Positions 34,734 through 61,459 of a DNA stretch of 64,000 nucleotides are shown here, piece by piece. This DNA is from Raillietiella orientalis (lineage: Eukaryota): NCBI GenBank assembly GCA_036172245.1, contig JAYWIR010000062.1, positions 62,001 to 126,000 on the forward strand. Direction: 5' to 3'. The first letter of the stretch is position 1, and the number at the start of each line of letters is the position of its first letter. A program made the translations under genes and the position numbers. The notes below the pieces were generated by a model that saw only the letters and a list, made by a program, of their open reading frames with translations, did no database searches and was not told the origin of the DNA.

Positions 34734-37700
34734 TGTTGCGAAGATGGCGATTTGTTGCTCGCCTCATCCGGAGAGCTGACGGTGACCATCACGACTGGTT
34801 GGAGGGCGCGGTCGCCACCGTCCTTTGCCGTGTGGAATAAATGCTTGGCAACTCGCACAATACCACCACATTTCAAATAATGAAGAGAATCCAGAGACAC
34901 GTCCTTCGAAGCTGCCTGTCTGTGTACGAACAACTGACATTTCTGGCTGGTTGGCTTCAGACTATTTGGAATTCTATTTATGGCATCACAATTACCTAAA
35001 CAAATGAGATTTTCAGATGGCCATGAATTTCTTTGGGGAAGCGACGATTCTGGTTTCCAGATCCTTAATTTCGAGATTTACGATTCAGGTTACGTGCTTA
35101 TCTTCCTGAACACGAATACGCTTTCATGGACACCAAGAACTTGGCTGAATCACACTTAAATAATTTAAGGGAATGCCTGAATTTGTGTGAAGCATAGCGG
35201 TCCTTAGCAAGCTCGGAACTCCAGATGCATTCACTACAGCAGAACATCCAATGATGTAATCTCTACGCAGTGTTATTCAATAAAATGGTACGGCGTTATG
35301 AGGAATTTATTTGATGGCTTTTTTTTGTTTTTTATGAAATTTTTATACAGCTACTCCATCTTAAAAGCTCAGACTTCAATTTGAATTGAATTTCTACCGT
35401 CATCATTAATCACCTTATCAGCCTCAGAATGTATCAGCGTTCCCTCATGTTCGTCAGTATTAGAAAACTATGCGTATGAAAGATCACATATGCTTCTGAA
35501 TGGCAAAGTGTTTACATGGCGTCTTTAGGGAGATCAAAGGCTCCCTGGCATGCGAAGAACTAGAAAGACTGACACTCATGAAGTCCATTTTGTTCCTCAA
35601 GGCTTGGGTCGCGCCCTTCGTTTCGGAAGAAAACTTCAAGCACAATTTGTAATTTCAAAGTTTGACGAGAAAGGCGTTTGAAATGGTTTTACATTACGGC
35701 GTCTTTATGAATTGCAATCTTGGCAGATGGCTCAGAAATTCTCAAAGAGTGGCTCAGAAATAACAGAAAGACTCAAAATGCAATCAGGAATGCTTGGCAC
35801 GCCTTCCGTTGATTCGAAGGCTTTAGACTTGCGGCAGAAGGGACGACATAAAGGCCATCTAGAGTGGTCACCTACCGAATGTAACTGAATGTCGTGAAAT
35901 CATAAAAAAGCTGCATGGTGATAAGAGCCTCGTGAACGCAAGCTGCCGAAGTGTCTCTAACGCGAGGACATCGAGAGAAAAGTCTCTTTTTGGAGAACGA
36001 GTGAAGAACACTCGTAAAGACACTAGGAAGGCTGCAAGCAGACCTTCTACGATAGGTTGCAACCCTCATCTTGGGATCCGATGATCCGAATCGGAGATGC
36101 CCCTAAGTTTGAGACGGATGGCTATATGAAAAGTTCTGTCACTCGCTGTGACAGACGAATGTGGCAAACTCAGCACCTGATCCAAGCAAAAGAAATCAAA
36201 CTCGCTTACAACCACATACATCCCCGGCACGAAAAAGAACACATCGTTACTAACCACAGTTTCCGACGAAGGTCTCCTGCATCTTCCGGGAAGTCCAGTT
36301 CACGAACGCAGCAACCTCAATTCTGCAACCCGTTGGTTGTACAGTGAGATTTCCCATGGCCTGTTCCAAATGCGGTCTGATCAGTCGGAGTTGCAGTGTT
36401 CCCATTACCTCACTGCCAAAAAAGGGGTTGCCATTGCAAGACGCATCGGAGCGCGATTTAAATAAAAGCGACGCCTTTTCACCTTCGGAGTTGGCTTATT
36501 TGTTGTCGATTTATTGACATTTATACGCGACGGTAATTGCTGGCACATGAAAATTGCAAGAATCGCTCAACAGCCACAGGCGAACAATCAACAGGATTTG
36601 AAGCAAATGATGCAAATCCAATACCACTCGAGATGCACAAACACAGACGAGAAGCGAAGGCACAGACAAACGGGAGAAAAGGGCAAACGAATCGACCGAA
36701 ACACGAGAATGGAACACTTCTAGCAAATATTTTTTGAAAATCAAAACGGAATGAGTGCGGACTTTAACGTCCTCGGCAAAAATTCCATGGTCAAAATTCT
36801 ACGAAAGGTATGCGAGCTGCCTGTGGCTGATGACCCCCCCCCCACACACACGTTTTCTGTCTTGAGAAGGACGATGAAATGGTGAAAGCAAGTCAGGTAG
36901 TATCTGGGAAGGGAAGACATCCGTCGCCAAAACAAACATACATATCAGCAGCTGTGTTCCCGTTGGGGCTTTTTCACAAGACTTCGAGTTCTGCGACCGT
37001 TTCCACAAACACTCAGCGTCGCTGTGCTTCAGTGAAGAATCGGCAGGTATTGAGTGTGGCATGGGAAAGGATTACGCTTACGAACCACTGAATACACATG
37101 AATAACCACACACACACACAGCAGCAAACAAGCACCCTGTGAAGTGTACAGAAACTATACGGACACAATTTGGGGACACGAATCACGGAAACAGCCGAAA
37201 ACCTATCAAAGCATGCCACGTGCTAACCAAACCTTAACACCAAACTTCAAAATTAAGCATGGCAAAAATGGAAAACGGTATTGCTTATCATAATAAATAT
37301 GGTGTTTACGTTTAAGTTTTTACTCTTGCTGAAATCCTATGTGAATAACCGCAAAAATCGTACTGATGATCGAGTGTTTCGGGAAGCATGCCAGCGATCT
37401 AAGGCAGGCTAACGAATTGGCCTCTACAAAACATTTGATTTCATTGGGCATTCGCATCGGGGCAGCATTCGTGTTTCCTAATCACATACCCAAAAAATTC
37501 AATATGCCTTAACAAGGGCAATTTAAAATGATTAGTCGTTTCTCTACTCTTTTCTTTTTTTTTTTTTTTGATCCAGTTAATCCACAATGTACTTAGGTTG
37601 AAAGAGCTAATCAAGATCACTGAAAGAGTTGCAAGTTTGATGCAACATCACACACATTATTATTTCACTTAATCAGCAGCACATATGTAACGAATCTCTT

Positions 37701-37760
37701 GCAATTCCTGACGGATGTGAACCCGGCTGGCATTTCAAAAATAGAGAACTTTCAAAGTTG

Positions 37761-40700
37761 TCAAAAATAGATGTGTTTGGCATCAGCTGGATTTTGTTCC
37801 ATTGGACAATAGGGGCATTTCAACCTAGAAAAAGGTTACATTACCAATTCCCTAACACTGATCTTGCATACTTATTTCCTGTAGTAAGTTTATGCAAGGC
37901 ATCCCTTGAAATGCAATGACCACATACAAGTCTCATTGGAGGATTGCTTTCAGTGCACTGCTGCCTCAAGATAGGGCAAGCAAAAATAGAGTGGTAGCGG
38001 CATTCCTTGCCAATATCAATTTCGATCTAAAAAGGAATAACCTGACTGCGAGTTTTGCATTTATACTGACAGGCAGTTCCTCCTTTCCACTCCACATGCC
38101 TGCAACGGACACCAAACGTTGCTGGACTACTTGTTTGATATTCAGCAGTGCTGGCAAAGCTTTGCAACCTGCATCTATGCTGTACAAAGAGACTAATACA
38201 AGGTCAAAAGAATAGTGAAGGCCCACCAAACACTTAAAAGGCTCTGAATGCTCATCCCCAGAAGTGAACAAGCATCCTGGATAAATATGTCACATACTTC
38301 CGTCCACAGATTATTGCTGAGCAAATGACCATACGTTACTGGAACCAATCCAGAAGGAATATACAACAAAGCACCCATTAAGGTCTGGATATCTGCAGGA
38401 TTTCTATTAAACTTGGAGAATAAAAACTGTCTTGCGAACCTTGTTTGTGTTGTTCTGAGAAATGAACAAAATGTTCACGTGCGTATTGAAGAGCTTCAGT
38501 TTGCTTGGGGGGATCATTAGTGAGTAATTTGATAAACTGCAATTTATGAAGGCGGAACTCCAAAGTGCAGCGCTAGTAAAAGTTGAAGCATATTGGATGA
38601 AAGTCCAGCATTGAGTACCTTGCGTTGGAGATGTTCATGGTGCTTCTGAACCCATTCCATGGCAGGCCCTAAATCTCTCTGTTTCAAAGCATCTAAAATT
38701 CTATTTAATTCCAAAAATGGTTTTTTTGTCTCGATCATCTCTGTCATATTCGTCTCCTGTTCAAAAGAATAAACCCATAATTAGTGACAGTTGCATAACA
38801 TGACATGCTATGCCAGTTTATCAGTAAATGCTTTTCACAGCTGAAATGCTTTAAAACTGAATTAATGCCTACACAACTTGGGCATATTTGGAGCATGTTT
38901 TTCTTCAGCACTTCATAAATAGCAAGTACTCAACATATCCATTAAAAAGGGATCTTTAGCTAAATATTTACAGACACTACAGAAACCCCACCTCAGAGTT
39001 TTACAATTACATTTAATTATCAGGTTATTTGAAAATTTTCCGGAAAAGTCAAATCAAACCAAAAGACTGGGTTTTGCAAAATGCAAGAAATAAATGGCAG
39101 CCAGGAGGTTAAAAAGAAGAAAAAAAAAACATATTCATGCAATTCTTTTATAACAATACTGTTAAGCATTTCTTTTAAGGAAACAGCATAAAAAAAAACA
39201 AAATTGAAATACACCAATGAGAAAAACAAATAAGAAACACGGCTTATAGTATCCTGATGATTCAATAGTCAACACACGCAGTCAAATTTTCAATAATGAA
39301 TGCTTTGCATTACTTTAAGCCACAACTACAACAGAGGTCACTATAAAAAACATCACATGGCAGAAACATGTCCAAGACACTGACCTTAAGTTACCATTCT
39401 AAATTAAACAATGAAACTCGAATTACAGAACATTTGCAGCAAGCATCATATTTAAGAAATTTGGATACTTCAAATTTATTCCAAATTATCATTACTACTA
39501 AAGTCACTAGGAAAGACAGCAACAGCCAAAACAAGTAAGAAGAACAAATTCACATGTAAAGTTCTTTTTGATGCAACTGCTAATCTTATTTATTTTAACA
39601 TTATACAACATATTCTGACCTTCTAATCATTGGTCTTTTATTCATAAGACTTGTAACATAGATAAATCCCATGCACCTGCAATTTGGATGCATTTGCTAC
39701 ACAAGTTCTCTCGATACTGCCACACTTATCTGATCTATATTTTTCGAAACTTTATTCATTGTGTATTTGTGTATGCTTAAAAAGGAGTATGAAGGAAAAC
39801 ATTTGATATTTGGAATTACGATGGAATCCAAAAACTCTTCAAAAAGCATTGAAAATGATCATAGAATTGCATTTGTGTTTTCTGAATTAAACATGGGGAA
39901 AGTATGCAGTTAACTATAGTCATTTAAAGCACTCCCTCTCTATTGTTCCCCCCCCCCCCTTCTCTCTCCCCTGGGAGATAATCAGGAACATTAATTGTGA
40001 AATTAGATTTTTGGGGAATTTTTCCCTTCTTTGAACAAGGCTTAAAACCTGATCTACTCATCAACATGAATGTAAACTTCCAAAATTTGCACTGATTTGA
40101 GTAAGACGCTCAATAAACAAACAACTCTTAGTGTGCAACAGTTGCTCTATAGAATTATACTGAGATGCTAAACACAAGTGTACACAGTATACAAATTATA
40201 GAAGCTAGTTATTCATTTTGCAGTTTCCATTGCACAGTGAAAGTTTGCACTACTTCTCCCAAAGTCCTGAAGTGCTGAAGGACTCAAACACTTTTATTCA
40301 TTTGGGCTATGAAAAAACACAAACCAGTATCAGAAAAGCATATATGAATTAACTACAGTGTTACGAAAAAATACTCTCATTGCAATCTTCAAAACATCAT
40401 ATAAGTCATCATAAAAGTCCAAGATACGACAAATCACTATTCTCATTCAAAGAAATAATTTATAATCACATGAAATTTGAAAATTGATAAATGACACTCT
40501 TGTCTTCTTTCATATGATTTTTCTTAAAGTCTGTTGTTGGCATGAATAAAAATCGAGCCCTCTTGTAATATAAACTACAAACTGCAATCAAGGACATCAC
40601 TAGGAAATTCTAGATGGAAGAATCACTGCATTACTAAACAATGTTTTACTGCTCTTACATAGACAGTCTCAACTTTTTGTGTTCCACGCTGCTTATTAAG

Positions 40701-41610
40701 ACAGCATTAAAAGTTCAGATTCCTATAATCATGAATTCAACCCAGTCTGAACAAAGAACACAAAGACAAAGAAATAGCACACATAAGTATGTCAATGTCG
40801 TTCATGAAAAATGATTTGTACAGCAAATTAACAGATCACAATTCTTCCCAAATATTTACGGCTCTTGGTGACAAACTATCATGTAAAGTTGGAATTATTC
40901 ATATCTTACCTTAATAAGTTCATCTGCTACAGAATGCATTCCTTGTCTGTAAAAATGCTGAATAATCGCCTGATTTAATAAATTTTGCTTTTCAGAATCC
41001 ATAAACAGAAGCTCAGCATTTGTGGTTGCAAAATCTGAAATGAAATTCTGTAAAAATGGATTTATTTGAGAATCCAACTGGGACAGCTTTTCGTTTTTTC
41101 AAGTTTACCTTATCAATAGCTTTACCAACTTTGGATACCGTTCCATGAAGATCACGATGTTCCACGGCAACCTTTGAAACCACTTTTTTTAGCATAGATA
41201 ATTTCTGCTTGATGATGTCTACTTGGTCCAAAGAAAGTGGGCTACCTATGAAATAAAAAACTGAGGAGTTTTCAAAATTTGTCAAAACAGCAAAAAAAAA
41301 AAAAAAAAAAAGGAAAAAAAAGTAGGACACATAACCGGAACACAATTTCTTTTTGCTTTTTTTCATCATTACAACTATTCGTATTGCACACCTTATCATC
41401 TACTGAAAATCGGTTGCAGTACAAGAGAAAGATGCCATCTAGCAGCTATTTCATACCAGATTCCTTGGAAGGAAGTACTATGCTCCTTTGCAATTCCTCG
41501 ATATCGTCGATTTCCTTCTGGACGGTGCTTTGTATGTAATCCTGGATCGAAGTCAGCTTGCTCACTATTTTCTCCACCTCCCGTTCCACCGTGAAGCACG
41601 CCTCCATCAT
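37761..41610 (-). CDS. RMND5: RMND5/Gid2, CTLH-complex E3 ligase subunit (9 exons)
   Basis: Exons with GT-AG junctions: 41610-41457 ([14 protein letters not shown]), 41245-41109 ([18 protein letters not shown]), 41047-40910 (LisH, HFYRQG), ~38756-38619, then [45 protein letters not shown]...[23 protein letters not shown]; stop at 37761-37763. Confidence 0.95.
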
Positions 41611-41639
41611 GGATGGACAGCGACCAACAGCCACCGAAA

Positions 41640-42400
41640 ACAGCTCGCAACTATTTACGTGTGCACTCTCTCCGCAGCACCCACCGCCGCCGCGAGCCCC
41701 CCCCCCCCGAGCAGGGCCTCCCCTCCCCGCCGGCTGGGGAACGCGCGGCACCGGAGGCGGGGGGAAACGAAAAGAAAGAAAAGAAGAAAGGGGTCATCGA
41801 TTGCGGCAGCCGAACGTTCACCGAGGGGACGCTCGCTGCTGCTGCAGCAGCAGAATTGCGGGGTGGAGGGGAGGGGGACACTTCGTGCCATCCCCACCTT
41901 CGGTCCACCGGACGGACGCTGGGCGCGGCGCGGAGTAGGGCCATCGAGGTTGCTGCTGCTCGTTCCCGTGGCAAGGTAGACGTGATGCAGTCTCCATCGG
42001 CAACGGCCCTCCACTCACTTGAGAGCCCACTCGGGAGCCCGCCTGGGAGGAGACAGCACCGCTGGTGAGAATCCCTTGCGGAAGTCGTGCCTCGGGAAAA
42101 CTGTGACCAACAGAAGGGAGAAGGGGTCTCCCGCGTTCGGGCTCGTAAAAGAGACCTCAAGCGCCACGGAACTTCGCAATGGCGCCTCCGGGCACCAGGT
42201 GCAGCTCCCAAGTGCGGCACCAGGAAGAGCGCCTGTGGTCGAGGTCGGAACCCGTGAAATGTTGACGGGAAACGCGTGAGAGCAGAACGGGGGGGGGGGG
42301 GGCAGACCAGACTCGCGGGTTTTGCCTGGAATAACTCATCTTGAGGTCCAGACGTTTCCAAGCCCGTGGATCGCGCGACCAACAGCATCCAGCGTGGCGC
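41640..42400. promoter_or_regulatory. GC/CpG-rich island upstream of RMND5 (probable promoter/5' UTR)
   Basis: Abrupt GC- and CpG-rich block immediately 5' of the RMND5 ATG, contrasting with its AT-rich introns. Confidence 0.5.
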
Positions 42401-45400
42401 CATGACGACTCTGTGCAGCAAACGCACCCCTTTTTGCGTCTTCGGAATAAACATCCGAACGAACTGCCACCTTGGACGCTCCGATCCTTTTCATTGCTTT
42501 GTTCCTCTTCCTCCAACGAAGACCTTCAACGTGTGACGATCAAAGATCTGCTTCTTCACGTTGAAAAATGCAAAAGCTGCCTTTTTAGATTTTCAGGATG
42601 CACACGTAAAAGACCTCATTCGAATGACTCGATCCTGTTTTTCGAAATGCTTGCGCTGCCGCTGCTTTCATGTTTATTTTTTTTTTCTTTTTGAATATCC
42701 ACGCGGTTCACTTATGGAAGTTGTGGCTGCGAACCACCCTGATCCGCGTTCCATTGTTGCGTCGATCCGCTTCCGCGGCGCAGGAAACCCACGTGCCTTT
42801 CAAACAGGTCGAAGTCTGCACATAAAGGACACGGAATTGAGCTCATAAGAAAATTCGGAAATACTCGAGGGAAATTGGGTTTGCACATAGATATTCTAGA
42901 GTTTCCCCCCCCCCCCCCGCTTTTGCTCTCTTCTCTGTTGTATGAGAAATTCCCTTGAGTAGAATTCCATTTTCCCTTTGTATTCTACGACGGCCACTGT
43001 GCCCACGTGTAGACATCGAGTAGAAGACCCCTAACGGTTTGCACAACGTGCCACCGTGCTCACTTGTGGTTGCCCGCTTTGGAGATTTCCCACCATAACA
43101 CCCCCGAGGTGTATGCTGGATTTTTCCGTGTTTGTAGGAATTTCAAAGCGACATTGAAAGGCTTTCGGGATTCTTGAGCACCTCCATGAAGTACAATCGG
43201 ATAAGAACGGCCAACGTGCTGTGACGTTTAGCAGCATAGGGACTTGTGGGCCTGTGCAGACACGGCACCTACAAGTCTCGTCCTCGGAAATCTTACCGTG
43301 AAGGCAAAAGCTGTTGCTGATGCAGGGACTGAGGAAAGGATTTTTAGTGCTACAACAGATACCGGAAGCGGCATCGGCTTGCCAGCCTTGGCAGGCCAGT
43401 CGGTGATTATCCGTGCGATGGGTTTCCTTTTCCGAGCATTTTGGCTGCTTGATTATGGAGTCCGTTTTGATACAACGCATGAAAGAGGATCGTTTGACCC
43501 GATCATGAAGGAGGGATGAAACCTAACCCCCGTGTCTTTCGGGATTACAGGGAACTGAATGAGCGTAGAATCGCAGCGGGAAAAGAGACCTTTCGATTTC
43601 AAGATTATGTTTTGCTGTACCTGCAGTCAGACGAGAGGAAGAAACCGAATTCCTCTAATGGAAAAAGGATCGTACTTTTCCAGTCATGGATGGATGGAAA
43701 AGAGAATTCTCTTTTATGCATACAAAAAAACCCACAAAGTCGCCAAGTGGATTTTTCTGGCCCCATCACATAACAAAGTCGTTTCGATCGCACAAATGAT
43801 AATTCGTTATACACTGTGACCTCGAAATCAGCGTGCTCCAAGCTCGTTTGCAAGCACGAACCCGTGATGTCCTCACGGGTTCGTGCTTAGGCACAATGAG
43901 AATCCTTGAGTTTCCATTGCAGCAAGGACAGGGCCAGAGTCTGGGTTCAAGCATAAGAAAAAAATAGGTGTTGCCATTCACATTAGGCGCTCTTGTATTG
44001 TTCGTGGTGAATACACAGAGAAAAGTAAGAGAACGATATACTCATCAAACTTCAAGATATTCTCTCGCAGACATGAACGATTTTTAAAGAAATGGGAGTT
44101 CAGATTAAAATCAGCAACAAATAGGTAGGCAGCAATGCAAGCAACAAAATCATTTATGCATTCATGTAATATAGATTCATTTTAATTGTTGATGCACTCA
44201 ATGTATATAAGGATACATTCCAGCCCGAAATGGTTAATGAATAATGGTTTCTGAATCCAGCCCTATTTCTATTTTTTTTTTTTTTGACAAAAGAATTCAC
44301 TGATGATCACTGTAGTGAACGAAAGGTGGCACTGAAAATGAAGCCTGTTATTACGTGCTAAGCATCGTTATGCTGTGACCACCTCCATGAGCCACAAACC
44401 ACCACCTCACCTTCAGAGGAATTGATATTTCCAAGCCTTCATGTGATTTTAAGTGCTCTGCTAGCACTGGCTTCACGGCTAACAGGGTTTCCCCTTTCCT
44501 TATTATTTGTATCATGAGCAAATGATAACTGACATAAGCAAAATTGGAACGAAAGATAGTATTCGGTGCCAAAATCTACTCACGAGACCAACTTTACAAG
44601 AGGAAGCCAGATTCATTCTTGATTATTAGATGTCAAGTGGCAATTTGTTTATTCAAGAAGAGCAGGGAATTCTAAAATCGGAAGCACTTCTGATTCAGCC
44701 GCAATCCGGCCTATAAAATAAAATAAAAACAAATTATTCATCGACGGTGAGAATATGTTGCCTTATGATGAAAATCAAAACAGATCAGTCCATAGTATGT
44801 TTGGAAGAATCAGAATACAAAAAGAGGGCTTATAAACTGCTTGTTCTATGTGTTCAAAAGATTCCACATATCACTAATTCGCTGTTATACGTTTAGTTTA
44901 CGGAAGAATTCATATTTTCCTGAAATCGGAACATTCAGAGATCGTCTACTTCTACTTTAAAACAAAAACAAAAAAACAAAGTTGATTAAAAAAATACACA
45001 ATGATAATAGAGACGAATTGCAACTATTAGATTTGGAAAGTCTTTTCTCACGAGTCCAAAGTTTTGGTGCAAACAACATTATCAAAAAGGCTTATGAGGT
45101 GCTGAGTCCTTCCAAATCATGGAGACCACGAAGCGTCTTATTACACCGGGTGCTACTGAGCAGTTTACTGTATCTTGTTCATTCCCCAATGTTTATGTCT
45201 TTTAAACATTTCTTTGATCCATGGCTCCCTTAGCATCGTATCCCCTTTTTCTGACGCCCTTTGGATATTCAGTATTCACATTCGGCATTGAGAAAATGTG
45301 GACAGATGAATGCACAGGCTGGCTCACCAAGTAAAATCAATGCGAGCTTGCATTTATCAAGAACAATAAACATCGACTGGGGTTTGTTCCCTCTATTTTG

Positions 45401-46148
45401 ATTTCATCTATATAAGGTATTTTCGCTAGTCAGTTGAACAGATGTCGTCTATATAAATTTTGATTTTCATATTTGCGGTACTGTTCAAATAGCGGGCAAT
45501 GACTATGATTTAGAAATAGTCATTTGTTTTCCGCAGTTCATACCCTCCAGACTTGACGTCCAGTTAATCTTTTTTAACTCTTTCGAGATCTTGCTTTCGA
45601 AATGACTGAGATAAAAAGGCATCCAAGTTTTGTTCCTATTTGATCCAATGTGCACAAAGCATCATCTGATGGTTCAAATGATCAAGTGAAGATAGAAGAA
45701 ATATGTTTTCTCGATTACAGGAACTCTCCCTGCTTTACACAACGACACTATTGAAACAAAACATATCTATGAGAGTACATTTTGTAAGCATCCGCTATAA
45801 AGTTTCGAATTTTATTGGAAATCAATTTTTACAGCTGCCGATTTGTCACTGATGTCTTTGTTTTTCTTTTGTGTGACTAAGAATCCGATGCTTTATGAAA
45901 TATATGAAAATCTGGAAAGAAAGCTAAAAAGACAAAATGAAAACTGAAAATTTAATTTTACATCACTTTTTTATCTAGAGCACATCTTTGAGTAAACAAA
46001 GGCAACTAGATTGACAGAATGACGGAAAAGAAAATTGAAAACATCCAATATTTCAAGAGAAGAGAATTGACAATTAAGAATTCAGGAAAGTGGGGTTCAA
46101 ACAAAATGTATAAAGAAAAAATTTACTGATTATAAAAGTTGGAAGGAA

Positions 46149-46197
46149 ATTTATTTTCAATTGGCAGGATTGAAAATCCTGTCAATTGAAAATAAAT
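46149..46197. repeat. Hairpin, 23-bp stem (one G-T pair), 3-nt loop
   Basis: atttattttcaattggcaggatt-gaa-aatcctgtcaattgaaaataaat. Confidence 0.85.
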
Positions 46198-46672
46198 ATG
46201 GCAGACATGCCATTAAAATTCAGTGATTATGTCTTACTTTAGCGAGTTTCTATGCGAATTGAATTCTCAGGTTCCAGATACAGCATTGAGGTGTGCAAAC
46301 TTGTCTTAACTAACAGTTTGCTTCCTCCTACAATATCTTGCAAACATGAAATTGTATCTGAAATAATTAAATTTTGCAATTTGTCAGATTAGTTGCAATT
46401 TGTTTCTAAAAACTAATGTATATCATAAATATAAACTTTTGGGTATAGCATTCTTCATTGAAACCTGAAAGTTTCTGCTGTTAAGTTTTCATTGTTTTTC
46501 AATCAGTTTTTGACGTTTTTTGGAATATGCATTAATATGATAACGAATTTGTGTAGTGCACTTGGCAACCCGAAAACTGGGCATGTTATTTGCCCTTGCA
46601 GGCGATGTTTTGTTGAAGGCAGTCGTACTCAAACGGAACTGCTGATATGGACGAAGTTCTTGGAGGTGTATG

Positions 46673-48026
46673 ATGGTTAATGTTATTAAGGGTGTTTTGG
46701 TGGAATGGTAAGATATGTTCCTACATTTTGAGAAAACTCATTCTTCTTTCATTAATTTGTTTTTCATTATTACGAATAAAGTAGCTCTGATGTTCTGTGT
46801 CATGTTTCAAATTCCAATTAAATCGTTACATTAGGATTGGTCAGATTCCAAGTTTCTTTATAATTGGGCTTCTGAAATGTGAACGAGGAATGCATCAAGA
46901 CGTGAAGTGATAGATGATGGTAATTTCGTAACTTAGGCTTGTGAAGTATGCCACATGACTAGCGGAAGGAAAAATAAAATAAAAATAGTGCAAAGATGAC
47001 CCTCTAGAGTCAGCACTACCTTGCCATTAGTATTAAGTCAGTTAGAATGAGCAACCAAGTAATATATGTGGTATATTCTTAATGCAACCTATTTTAAGTT
47101 CAAGTAATTTTGTATTGTTTGTTATTAGCATGCTTTGTGAAACAGCCCGCCTTAGTTACAGCAGTGTAAAATTTGGACTGTAACTTGTTAAATATGATGT
47201 TAAACATCAACACTTGTTAATTTCGTAATTCTAATTATAAAATTAAAGCATTGGTGCTTTGTGGAATTTTTTTTCACTTTGAGGGGAAAATTCCGCAAAA
47301 TATGGTTGTGATTCACTCCAAGTTACATTGCTATTTGAAAATAAAGAAAATCAGCTCATTAGGAATTGCAGGTGCTTTATGTTTGCTGGAACTGTTTTTC
47401 AAACCATAAAAATTTCCAGCCTGAGAATAATAAATATAAAGGCAGCAAATGGCTTAATGTTTAGAAATGCATTCATCAGAACTGACTACTGCTTTTTTTT
47501 TCTTGTTTCCTTCCTGATTATTCGAAATGAATTCATTAAAATTATCCATTGGTTTCTGAACCTAGAAACAGGGTGGTTTTTGATTTTTAATTTATTTTTA
47601 TGATTCTTTCTCCACGAGTGTTGTGTTCTGCATTTTATGTTGAGCATTTATTATCAATTTTAAGTTTTTTCGTTTTTTTCACGTTTTGTGACCATCATGT
47701 TTGGTATTTGAACAAAGATTTTGGAGCGTATGTAATTACAGGCTCTAAAAAAATGAGACAGCTGTGTAAAGGTGTGTTTATTTCATAAAGAAGCATTTAA
47801 AGGAAATTGTTAGATAATGCAATTATAGTTATGCCTGTTTTGTAGTGATCCTGCTATGAAACAGTTCCTGTTATTTCTGGATGAAAATGTAACATTAGGA
47901 AAAAAGTTCATTATTCAAGATTTGGATGAAACACATCTCTTTATCTCTAGTGATGTTATAGAAACTTTGAAAAAGAAAATTGTGAATTTAATGGATCAGA
48001 TTAGCATGACTCCAACAGATAAATAA
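46673..48026 (+). CDS. GTF2H5: TFIIH subunit p8/TFB5 (2 exons: 46673-46707, 47846-48026)
   Basis: MVNVIKGVLVEC|DPAMKQFLLFLDENVTLGKKFIIQDLDETHLFISSDVIETLKKKIVNLMDQISMTPTDK*; canonical GTAAG...TAG intron. Confidence 0.95.
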
Positions 48027-48029
48027 GTC

Positions 48030-48585
48030 ATGGCATCACGAGAATTACAAAAGACCATAGGGCGTCGCATCATTGATCAAGCTGGAAGATTGCGGCGACA
48101 GCGTAAAGCCCTTGAAGCATTGGAACAAGACAATTTTCAGGATGATCCACATGCCAATCTCAGTAAGTTGATACGATTTTTTTAATGCAAGTCACGTGCT
48201 GTTTAGCCATGCACAAAAAGGCTCCTAAATTTGAAGATATCCTTGAGATGAGGGGACCTGGAAAGCGTCGCAAGGCACGTAATTCAGAATATTTTAAGCA
48301 AAGGTAAGAATGTTAGACTGCAAAAGTAGAACATAGATTTCATTATCAAACTCCAGATTTCGAAAAACCTTTGTGATGTTATTAGAAGAGGAACAATCAC
48401 TCCATCAGGAACCACCAAATTATCAGTTAGCAGAGATTCCTCCATCACGTTTCCCTAAACGTCGATTTTGCTCAGTGTGTGGTTTTCTTAGTCATTATAC
48501 TTGCATTAGTTGTGGAACATATTATTGTGGCTTACGTTGTTTGAATACACACCAAGATACTCGTTGTCTAAAGTGGATGGCATAG
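48030..48585 (+). CDS. ZNHIT1: Zinc finger HIT protein 1 (p18Hamlet/Swc6/Vps71; 3 exons: 48030-48162, 48207-48303, 48357-48585)
   Basis: RRQRKALEALEQDNFQDDPHANL...RFRKTFVMLLEEE...PPSRFPKRRFCSVCGFLSHYTCISCGTYYCGLRCLNTHQDTRCLKW. Confidence 0.95.
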
Positions 48586-48621
48586 AAAATATAAAATGTA
48601 TATTTTTCAATAGAACAGTCA

Positions 48622-61459
<12,838 letters not shown>

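Noticed and set aside
43000..44000. Possible gene divergent from RMND5
   Set aside because: Short ORFs without recognisable homology or convincing splice structure.
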